Source of the DNA: an uncultured Solirubrobacteraceae bacterium
Lineage (GTDB): Bacteria > Actinomycetota > Thermoleophilia > Solirubrobacterales > Solirubrobacteraceae
Assembly: GCA_963743985.1 (NCBI GenBank)
Contig: CAVUSD010000031.1
Coordinates: 28,136-92,135 of the forward strand
Reading direction: 5' to 3'
DNA: 64,000 nucleotides
A program made the position numbers and the translations under genes. The first letter of the stretch is position 1, and every line of letters begins with the position of its first letter. The notes below the pieces were generated by a model, which did no database searches, had not been told where the DNA came from, and saw nothing but the letters and a program-made list of their open reading frames with translations. Below, one piece after another: positions 47,285 to 55,126 of this stretch.

Positions 47285-49474
47285 TTGGAAGCCTCCGCAC
47301 TCCCAGCATCCGTCGGTCTGGCCCGAGCGCGAATCGGAATCGGAGCTCCGCTGCTGCGCCTGCGCTCAGACGAGCAGCTCGTCTCGCTGTTCCGGGCCGG
47401 TAACGACGAAGCCTTTCGGATCATCCACGATCGTTATCGGGCGCGGCTGCTCGCGTACGCGCGCCAGATGCTCGGCTCGTCGTCGGCCGACCCCGAGGAC
47501 GCGGTCCAGGAGATCTTCGTCCGCGCGTACTCGCACCTGCGACGCAATAGCCGAGATCTGGCGTTGCGCGCGTGGCTGTACCGGATCGCGCACAACCGTT
47601 GCATCGACGATCTCCGTCGACCAACGGCGGTCGCAACCGACGCGATGGACGATCTCAGCGACGAGACACGCGCTGACCCGCACGACCGCGTCGAACAGCG
47701 CGACGCGCTGCGACGTCTGATCGTCGACGTCCAGCGCCTGCCCGACCAGCAACGTTCGGCGCTGCTGATGCGAGAGCTCGGTGGCGTCACCTACGCCGAT
47801 GTCGCCGATGCACTCGGCGTCTCGGTGCCCGCCGTCAAGTCGCTGCTGGTCCGCGCTCGGCTCGGGCTCGCGCAGGCCAACGAGGCGCGCGACACCGCCT
47901 GCGTGCAGATCCGAGAGGATGTGATCACCGCCCACGACCGCGGGGTCCGCGCCAGCGGGTTGGCGCGGCGCCATCTGCGCGACTGCGCCGAGTGCCGCGG
48001 TTTCCGGCGTGAGATGCGCTCCAACAGCAAGCAGCTGGCAGCGCTGCTCCCGGCGCTCGGGCCGGTGGCGGTGGCCGCGAAGCTGCTCGGCTTCTCGGTC
48101 GGCGGCGGAGCCGCCGGCGGGGCGCACGGGGCGGCCGTCGGCACGGGCGCTGCCGTCGGCACGAGCTCCGCGGTCGGAACCGGCACCGCGGTCGGAACCG
48201 GCACCGCGGTTGGCACGGGCACGGCCGTCGGCACGGGCACGGCAGTCGGCGGCGGCGCCGCGACGAGCGGCGGGATCCTTGGCGGAGCCGCCGGCGGCCT
48301 GGTGGGCGCCGGGCACGTCGCGACGGTGATCGCCGCCGCTGTGGTCACCGCGGGCGGTGCGATCGGCATCCAGCAGATCTCGGCGCCCACCTCGCACCAT
48401 CGCGCCGGTCATCACGTGGCGGCGGTCGGCAGCCACAGCGCGGGCGCGACGAGCTCGTCGGCCGGATCGGCCGGCGCACCGAACCTGAGTGCGGCCGCTG
48501 TTGGGATCTCGGCCGCAGCGACGGGCCTGGCGATCTCCGTCGAGCTCCCGACCGGCTTGGGTGGGGGCGGGAATCTGGCGACCGGCACCGACGTGAACTC
48601 ATCGGCGTCGGTCGTGGGCGCCGAGCGGCGGGCGCACCGGGCGACACTGCCGATCAACGAAACGCACGACCCCGATCACTATCTGCTTCCGCCGTCCGGG
48701 ACGATCGGCACCGGCTCGACCACCGCTCCAGTCAGTACCTGCACCGTCACCGCCGGTGTTTCAGTCTGCAGCGCGACCGGTTCGACCACGTGCGCGGTGC
48801 CCGGCGCCGACACCGTGAGTGCCTCGACGAGCCCCTCCGATGCGCCCGCAGCGACCGCGTCGGTCGTGCCCGCCACGGGCGCCGCGACCGACCCCGACCT
48901 CGGCACCACCACCACCGCCGCGTGCGTCGGCACCGGCACCACCGGGACCGGAGCCGCCACCGGGACGGGCTCGACCACCGGGACCGGGGCCACCACCGGA
49001 GCCGGGACGACCACCGGGACCGGAGCCACGACCGGGACCGGCGCCACCACTGGCGGCGGAGTCACCACCGGGACCGGCACCACCACCGGCACGGGCTCGA
49101 CCACCGGCGCGGGCTCGACCACCGGGACCGGGGCCACCACCGGGACCGGGGCCTCCACCGGAGCCGGGGCGACCACCGGGACCGGCGCCACCAACGGGAG
49201 CGGCGGCACCGCCGCCACCACGGGAACCGGCGCCACCGGCAACGGCGCCACGACCAGCACGGGCACGCCCGGCGCGGCGACCACCGGCGACGGCTCCGGC
49301 ACGGCCAGCGCCGCGGCGACGGGCCCGACAACCACCGACCCGTTCGCGAACACGGTCAAGCCCGGCCAGGGACTGTCGAGCACGGCCGGGTCACACGCGG
49401 CTCTCGACACCGGCGGCGGTAACACGAAGTCGCTCCAGCGCGGCTCCACCGTCGCGGTCTACTCGAGTCGCTGA
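47285..49474 (+). CDS. ECF sigma factor with fused Zn-binding (ZAS-like) motif, TM anchor and Thr/Gly-repeat C-terminal extension
   Basis: Sigma2 AWLYRIAHNRCIDDLRR; sigma4 LPDQQRSALLMREL..TY..VA..LGVS..AVKSLLVRAR; HLRDCAEC; hydrophobic VATVIAAAVVTAGGAIGI. Start TTG 47270 or 47285. Confidence 0.88.
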   Translation: MEASALPASVGLARARIGIGAPLLRLRSDEQLVSLFRAGNDEAFRIIHDRYRARLLAYARQMLGSSSADPEDAVQEIFVRAYSHLRRNSRDLALRAWLYRIAHNRCIDDLRRPTAVATDAMDDLSDETRADPHDRVEQRDALRRLIVDVQRLPDQQRSALLMRELGGVTYADVADALGVSVPAVKSLLVRARLGLAQANEARDTACVQIREDVITAHDRGVRASGLARRHLRDCAECRGFRREMRSNSKQLAALLPALGPVAVAAKLLGFSVGGGAAGGAHGAAVGTGAAVGTSSAVGTGTAVGTGTAVGTGTAVGTGTAVGGGAATSGGILGGAAGGLVGAGHVATVIAAAVVTAGGAIGIQQISAPTSHHRAGHHVAAVGSHSAGATSSSAGSAGAPNLSAAAVGISAAATGLAISVELPTGLGGGGNLATGTDVNSSASVVGAERRAHRATLPINETHDPDHYLLPPSGTIGTGSTTAPVSTCTVTAGVSVCSATGSTTCAVPGADTVSASTSPSDAPAATASVVPATGAATDPDLGTTTTAACVGTGTTGTGAATGTGSTTGTGATTGAGTTTGTGATTGTGATTGGGVTTGTGTTTGTGSTTGAGSTTGTGATTGTGASTGAGATTGTGATNGSGGTAATTGTGATGNGATTSTGTPGAATTGDGSGTASAAATGPTTTDPFANTVKPGQGLSSTAGSHAALDTGGGNTKSLQRGSTVAVYSSR
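48134..48259 (+). repeat. 18-nt tandem repeat, (AVGTGT)-like x7
   Basis: AVGTGA AVGTSS AVGTGT x4 AVGGGA. Confidence 0.85.
48938..49207 (+). repeat. 18-nt tandem repeat, (TTGTGA)-like x15
   Basis: accaccgggaccgg(n)gcc-type units, counted from the translation. Confidence 0.88.
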
Positions 49475-50556
49475 TCGACGCGCTGGCAGCGTTCGAGCAC
49501 GAGCAACTCGCGATTCGTCGCGGGGAACGCTCGGGGCTGTACTGCACCGTCGCGATCAACTCGACCGCGCGTGGCCCGTCGCTGGGTGGCTGCCGGCTGT
49601 GGACGTATCCGACTGTCGGCGACGCGGTGTCCGACGCGTTGCGACTGTCGCGGGCGATGACGCTCAAGGCCGCCGTAGCGGGTCTACCGCTTGGCGGCGG
49701 CAAGGGCGTGATCATGCGACCCGTCGGCGACCCGCTGCCCCGTGATCGACGCCACCTGGCGCTGCTCGACTTTGCCGATCTCGTCGAGTCGCTCGGGGGG
49801 CGCTATATCGCTGCTGAGGACGTCGGCACCTCCAGTCGTGACATGAGCGTGATCGCCCAGCGAACCGAGCACGTGGCGGGCCTGTCACGCCGCCGTGGCG
49901 GCTCCGGCGATCCGAGCCCGTTGACCGCGCTGGGCGTGCTCGAGGCGATCCACGCCACCTGCGAGCGCGTGTTCGGCGAACCGTCGCTGGCCGACAGATC
50001 GGTCTGCGTGCTCGGTCTCGGACACGTCGGTTCCCGGGTGGCACGGCTGTGCCTGCGGGCCGGCGCCACGGTGACCGTGTCGGACGTCGACCCGAGCCTG
50101 CGTGAACCGTTCGTCGCGCTCGGGGCTCGTTGGATCGATCCGCGTCACGCGATCCGGACCCGCGTCGACGTGCTGGCGCCGTGCGCGCTCGGCGGCCTGC
50201 TCAGCGAACGCTCGGTACCGATGCTGCGCTGCCGCGCCATCGCCGGCGCCGCCAACAACCAGTTGCACGACGACCGGGTGGCACGGCTGCTCGCCCGGCG
50301 CCAGATCCTGTGGGCGCCGGACTTCGTCGCCAACGCCGGTGGGCTGATCAACATCGCCGCGGAGGTGGGCGGCTATGACCCGGTCGCCGCGCGCCACCGG
50401 GTCCGGTCGATCGGCGACACGCTGCGCCGGATCTATGACCGGGCCGCGCGGGACCGGATCACCCCGCTGGCGGCCGCGATGCTGCTCGCGGTGGCAAACC
50501 TGCAGCCTGGCGACGTGGCCCACCGAGCCTCGAGCAGCGGTCAGACGTCGGGCTGA
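49471..50556 (+). CDS. Glu/Leu/Phe/Val dehydrogenase (leucine dehydrogenase-like), probable CTG start
   Basis: FEHEQL..R..SGL..VAINSTARGPSLGGCR lies upstream of the first GTG (49627); GGGKGV, AEDVGT, GDPSP, GLGHVG, AGAANNQL, PDFVANAGG. Confidence 0.9.
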   Translation: MIDALAAFEHEQLAIRRGERSGLYCTVAINSTARGPSLGGCRLWTYPTVGDAVSDALRLSRAMTLKAAVAGLPLGGGKGVIMRPVGDPLPRDRRHLALLDFADLVESLGGRYIAAEDVGTSSRDMSVIAQRTEHVAGLSRRRGGSGDPSPLTALGVLEAIHATCERVFGEPSLADRSVCVLGLGHVGSRVARLCLRAGATVTVSDVDPSLREPFVALGARWIDPRHAIRTRVDVLAPCALGGLLSERSVPMLRCRAIAGAANNQLHDDRVARLLARRQILWAPDFVANAGGLINIAAEVGGYDPVAARHRVRSIGDTLRRIYDRAARDRITPLAAAMLLAVANLQPGDVAHRASSSGQTSG

Positions 50557-51341
50557 GACAGCGTCAGCGAATGCAGGTTCGGCCGCTGCACGCCGTCCGG
50601 CAGACGGCCTTCCTCGGCGAGCTTGTCGAGGTGGGCCGCCAGCGTCACCGTCGCTGCGGGTCGCAGGATCTCGGGCACCTCGGGCCACGCGGCGTCGAGC
50701 AGCTCCTCCACCGTGCGCGCGCCCTGCGTGAGCGCCGCGACGAGACGTCGCTCACGGTCCAGACGATGTGAGACGTACTCGTCAAGCTTGGCGTGGGGGT
50801 CCGTGACCACTGGGCCATGGCCGGGCAACAGCACATCCAGATCGAGCCGCCGCAGCTTTCGCAGGCCTTCCAGATAACCGGTCAACGCCTGCGGATCGGG
50901 CGCGATGAACACGCTCCCCTCCCCCAGCACGGCATCGCCGGTCAGCGCCGCGCGACCGTCGATGAGCGTGAAATGGTCGGGCGCGTGCCCGGGCGTCGCG
51001 ATCGCCCGCAGCGGCCCGAAGCTGACGCCGTCGGCGAGCCGCACGTCGACGGGGCCGCGCCCGCCGGCGAGCGGCGCGTCGTCGAACCGGTCACGGATCG
51101 CCGCGACCCCGTCGGCGTGGTCGTGGTGATCGTGCGTGAGCGCGATCCCGCCCAGACCGCCGCGGCGCTCCAGTTCGGCGACGACCGCGTGATGGTGCTC
51201 GGGCAGCGATGGCCCCGGATCCACCAGCCACGCCGGACCGGACCCGACGATCCAGGTGTTGGTGCCGCTGAGGGTGAACGGACCCGGGTTGGCCGCGCGG
51301 ATCCCGACGATGTTGTGCGCTGAAAGTTCCGTCCGGGTCAC
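50541..51341 (-). CDS. MBL-fold metallo-hydrolase (LACTB2-like)
   Basis: NPGPFTLSGTNTW, THDHHDH, TPGHAPDH, GDAVLG, PGHG. Confidence 0.92.
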   Translation of the reverse strand: MTRTELSAHNIVGIRAANPGPFTLSGTNTWIVGSGPAWLVDPGPSLPEHHHAVVAELERRGGLGGIALTHDHHDHADGVAAIRDRFDDAPLAGGRGPVDVRLADGVSFGPLRAIATPGHAPDHFTLIDGRAALTGDAVLGEGSVFIAPDPQALTGYLEGLRKLRRLDLDVLLPGHGPVVTDPHAKLDEYVSHRLDRERRLVAALTQGARTVEELLDAAWPEVPEILRPAATVTLAAHLDKLAEEGRLPDGVQRPNLHSLTLSQPDV

Positions 51342-51358
51342 TGCTTGAATAGTCAACC

Positions 51359-52474
51359 ATGGCGGAGACGTCCGATGACGCTCCGTCCGCCGCCGAGGAG
51401 CGCGACGCGGACGCCGTCGCCGCCGACGAGCGTGAGGCGGAGGAGCGCGACGCCGCGGCGGGCAAGAGCCTATGGCGCAACCTGATCTGGCTAGGGGCGC
51501 TGGTCGCGCTGGCGGTCGGACTGCTGCTGGCGGTCCCTGGCCTGCAGGGCGTCGCGCACACGGTGTCACGCATGAACGTCCGCTGGCTGATCTTGGCGGT
51601 CGTCCTCGAGATCCTCTCGTGCGCCGGCTACATCCTCGCCTTCCTGCAGGTGTTCGAGCGCGCACCGATCCGTTTCGGGGCGCGGGTCGCGCTGACCGAG
51701 TTGGCGTTCAACTCGGCGGTATCGCTGGGCGGCGTCGGCAGCGTCGCCGTCGGGGGCTTGCTGCTGGTCGAGCGTGGCGGGGACCCGACGACGGTGGCCG
51801 AACGCTCGGCGGTCCTGTTCCTGTTGACCACCGCGATCAACGTGCTGACGTTGATCCTCGTCGGCTTCCTGTTATGGCTCGGCGTGCTGCCGGGCAACCA
51901 GAACCCGTGGCTCAGCCTGTTCCCGGCTCTGTTCTGCACGGTCGCCTTCCTCGCGGTCCTCGCGATCCCTCGCTACAGCGAGCGGTTGGCCGCGCGGCGG
52001 CCTCCCGGAAAGGTGCGAACGCTGCTGCTGGAGACCGCGATCAGCATCCGTCTGACCGAGCAGGTCCTGTTCCGCTGGGACTGGCGGATCATCGGCGCGA
52101 TCGCGTACCTGTGGTGCGACATCGCGGTGCTGATGGCCTGCTTCGCCGCCGCCGGACCGGTCCCCCCGCTCGCGGTCGTGGTGCTCGCGTACCAGATCGG
52201 CTACCTGTCCAACGTGATTCCGGTGCCGGGCGGAATCGGCGTGCTGGACGGCAGCCTGGTCGGCATGTTCGCGCTCTACGGGGGGACGGCCGCGTCGCTG
52301 GCGACCGCCGCGACCGTCGTCTATCACGCGATTTCGCTGTGGGTACCTGCGCTGTGGGGCACGGTCGCATTCGTGATCCTGCGGCGCACGCGCAATCGGC
52401 CGATCAATCTGCGCCCGCCGCGCGCCGAGCGCCGCCGGCTGCGGCGCGCCCGCCGTTCTGCCGGCGACGGCTGA
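51359..52474 (+). CDS. Lysylphosphatidylglycerol synthase TM-domain (UPF0104 flippase-like) protein
   Basis: Multi-TM; PVPGGIGVLDG, VVYHAISLWVP. Confidence 0.85.
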   Translation: MAETSDDAPSAAEERDADAVAADEREAEERDAAAGKSLWRNLIWLGALVALAVGLLLAVPGLQGVAHTVSRMNVRWLILAVVLEILSCAGYILAFLQVFERAPIRFGARVALTELAFNSAVSLGGVGSVAVGGLLLVERGGDPTTVAERSAVLFLLTTAINVLTLILVGFLLWLGVLPGNQNPWLSLFPALFCTVAFLAVLAIPRYSERLAARRPPGKVRTLLLETAISIRLTEQVLFRWDWRIIGAIAYLWCDIAVLMACFAAAGPVPPLAVVVLAYQIGYLSNVIPVPGGIGVLDGSLVGMFALYGGTAASLATAATVVYHAISLWVPALWGTVAFVILRRTRNRPINLRPPRAERRRLRRARRSAGDG

Positions 52475-52477
52475 CCG

Positions 52478-54583
52478 CTACCCGTGGACGCCGAGCACCG
52501 GCAGGTTGATCGTCGGCGTCTTGACCGTGCATGACGTGCTCGGCGGTTTGCCGGACGGGTACGCCTCGGCGAGCGCGTCGGCGATCAGGTGCGCGCGGGC
52601 GGCGTAGCCGTCGGAGTAGTAGTGGATCCCGTCGGTGATGAACCACTTGTTCTGAACCGCGCTGGCCCAGTCGTAGATCCGCATGTTGTGTGGGTACTTC
52701 GCGCACACCTGCTGCAGGGCGCCGTCCCAGTTCGCCATGCCGTCCTCGGAGTAGGGCCCGCTGGAGAGCAGTGTCTTGACGTTGACCCACATCACGTCCT
52801 GCCCCTTCACGGCTTGCATCATCTCGGTGATCCGCTGCACCAAGCCGACGTTGGAGCCGACGGACACGTCGGCGGTGTCGTTGGTTCCGAGCGCGAACAC
52901 CCAACAACCGTGGTAACCGGAGGCGAGCATCTGCTGCACGGTCGTGAGCGCGTTGACGGTACCGGGCAGCGTCTCGACGATCGAGGTACCGCCGGTCACC
53001 CGCATGAACGTGTGCTTGACGCCGACCCGGGCGTACTGGGCCGGTATCCGCTGCGCGGGATCGGGCAGGTAATCACTGGAGTCCAAGCCGTCAGAGGTCG
53101 AGTCGCCGATGTGCACGACCGACGTGCACGATGTCGCCGGCTTACCGCTCGTGCTCCGGGCAGCCGTGCCGGCCTTGGCGCCACCACCACCGCCCTTGGC
53201 CCCAGATCCTGTCTTCGCCGAGTTGGGTGGGTCGCTCGCGCCCGTTCCCGCCGAGCCGCCGGAACCCGCTGAACCACCCGGATCGACGGCCGCGGCGGCG
53301 CCGTCGGCCGGGCTGCTGCCGTGGCTGGGCGCGGTCGCCCCGGCCAGGCCGGCGACCGCCAGTGCCAGCACCAGCGTCGCGCCGATCAGTACGAACCGCG
53401 CCTGGCGACGCTGCTTGTAGGCGCGCAGGCTGACCGAGTGCAGCGTCTGCCACCAGCGCCCCAGCGCGCCATGCCGGATCGGATCCTCGACGTAGCGCCA
53501 GGACAACGCCGAGATCACGAGCGCTGCGCTGATCTGCAGGATCGCGCGGAGCGGCTGGATCGGCGGGTGCTGGTTGATCGGCGTCTGCAAGAGACGCGCC
53601 GGTGTCGTCAGCACGATGATCGGCTCGTGCCAGAGATAGATCGCGTACGAACGCACGCCCACCCAGAGCAGCGGCTTGCATCCGAGCACACGTCCGAGGC
53701 GGCTGGCGGGATGGGCGCAGGCCGCAATGACGAGCACGGTGCAGATCGACAGCAGCACCAGGCCACCCTGGTACAGGAACGCGGAATACTGGCTGGTGCG
53801 CCAGATCAACAGGATGATCCCGATCAGCCCAACCACGCCGAGACCGTCGAGAATGTTGCGCGCGCCCGGCATGATCTTGCCCGTCAACGCCCGGCTGGGC
53901 CAGACCATCGCCAGCGCGGCTCCGAACAGCATCCCGAACGCCCGCGTGTCGGTTCCCTCGTAGATCCGCGTGTGATCCAACCCGGGGTGGAACAGAACGG
54001 CCATCTCGATCGCCGAGGCTGCGGCCAGGGCCAGCGTGAACGCCGCCAGCCGTGGCCGGACCGGGATCGATCGTTTGCGCTCGCGCACCACCCGCAGCCC
54101 GATCAGCAGCAGCCACGGCCAGATCAGGTAGAACTGCTCCTCGACCGCCAGCGACCACAGATGACTGAGCGGCGACGGCGGTCCGAACAGCGCGAAGTAC
54201 GAGATGTGCTGGTTGATCTGCCACCAGTTGTTGACGTAGAGCAGCGCCGACAGCGTCTGGCCGCGCACGTCGGTCATCTGCGAGCTGTGGGCGATCGCGA
54301 CCCAGATCACCACCACGGTCAGCATCAGGTACAGCGCCGGCAGCAGGCGCCGCGCCCGACGGATCCAGAAGTCGCCGAGGCGGAGCGACCCCTTGTGCCA
54401 GGCACCGAGCAGCAGGTCGGTGATCAGGTAGCCGCTGAGCGTGAAGAACACGCCGACCCCGAGCAGTCCACCCGGGGCCCAGCCGATCCCCAGGTGATAG
54501 GCGATCACCGCAGCAACGGCGACCGCCCGGAGCCCATCCAGCCCCGGCATGTACCGTGACGATTGCTTGAGCGGTTCGGGCAT
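52478..54583 (-). CDS. Acyltransferase-3 + SGNH domain O-acetyltransferase (OatA-like)
   Basis: GLDGLRAVAV, GVFFTLSGYLIT, HLWSLAVEEQFY, RSYAIYLWH; GDS, LGTND, DGIH. Confidence 0.92.
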   Translation of the reverse strand: MPEPLKQSSRYMPGLDGLRAVAVAAVIAYHLGIGWAPGGLLGVGVFFTLSGYLITDLLLGAWHKGSLRLGDFWIRRARRLLPALYLMLTVVVIWVAIAHSSQMTDVRGQTLSALLYVNNWWQINQHISYFALFGPPSPLSHLWSLAVEEQFYLIWPWLLLIGLRVVRERKRSIPVRPRLAAFTLALAAASAIEMAVLFHPGLDHTRIYEGTDTRAFGMLFGAALAMVWPSRALTGKIMPGARNILDGLGVVGLIGIILLIWRTSQYSAFLYQGGLVLLSICTVLVIAACAHPASRLGRVLGCKPLLWVGVRSYAIYLWHEPIIVLTTPARLLQTPINQHPPIQPLRAILQISAALVISALSWRYVEDPIRHGALGRWWQTLHSVSLRAYKQRRQARFVLIGATLVLALAVAGLAGATAPSHGSSPADGAAAAVDPGGSAGSGGSAGTGASDPPNSAKTGSGAKGGGGGAKAGTAARSTSGKPATSCTSVVHIGDSTSDGLDSSDYLPDPAQRIPAQYARVGVKHTFMRVTGGTSIVETLPGTVNALTTVQQMLASGYHGCWVFALGTNDTADVSVGSNVGLVQRITEMMQAVKGQDVMWVNVKTLLSSGPYSEDGMANWDGALQQVCAKYPHNMRIYDWASAVQNKWFITDGIHYYSDGYAARAHLIADALAEAYPSGKPPSTSCTVKTPTINLPVLGVHG

Positions 54584-54952
54584 CTGCTGGTCGAGTCAGA
54601 TCGCCGGTCGGTCTGTGAGGTCTGAGAACATTGCCCTGCTTACCGGTGCATTGCGATCGGCGGCCTTCCCGTCATGACGTGTTCCACACGCACGAAGGGA
54701 GATCCTTCAAGTGTCTTGCCGAGCTGCGATCGCGCTGCGCACAGCATCGCGAATGCCGCATTCGCCACCGACGTACCCGAACAGAGTAGTGCGACGTCCG
54801 GCGCCTCGGCCGTCCGGCGGGGTCGGGCAGGCCGTGAAAACCGCCACGGTTCGGGCAGCCTCGCCAGAAACCGGCCGCGCTGGGCGCTCTGACTGGCCGG
54901 CAAGACCGGCCGGGAATCGCCGCAAGTCAGCTCGCGGCGCACCTCCAGGTAA

Positions 54953-54983
54953 GCGAAAACCCCCGCCGTGGCAGGGGTTTCGC
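54953..54983. terminator. Hairpin immediately downstream of tRNA-Pro
   Basis: gcgaaaacccc...ggggtttcgc inverted repeat. Confidence 0.65.
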
Positions 54984-54986
54984 GTA

Positions 54987-55060
54987 TCGGGGCGCCCGGA
55001 TTTGAACCGGGGACCTCACCGACCCGAACGGTGCGCGCTACCAGGCTGCGCCACGCCCCG
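54987..55060 (-). tRNA. tRNA-Pro (CGG), CCA not encoded
   Basis: CGGGGCGTGGCGCAGCCTGGTAGCGCGCACCGTTCGGGTCGGTGAGGTCCCCGGTTCAAATCCGGGCGCCCCGA; anticodon arm CACCG-TTCGGGT-CGGTG. Confidence 0.96.
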
Positions 55061-55126
55061 ATTGCAGCCAGTCTAATCCACGTGGCGCAACCGGGCGCCC
55101 CGGCCCCGCGAACGGGCGGGCGGTGG

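Noticed and set aside
48938-49207. Ice-nucleation protein call for the Thr/Gly repeat
   Set aside because: Lacks the AGYGST octapeptide/16-mer pattern; only a loose compositional resemblance.
54640-55060. tRNA-Pro as an integration site for an island
   Set aside because: No integrase and no duplicated tRNA 3' end seen in the window.
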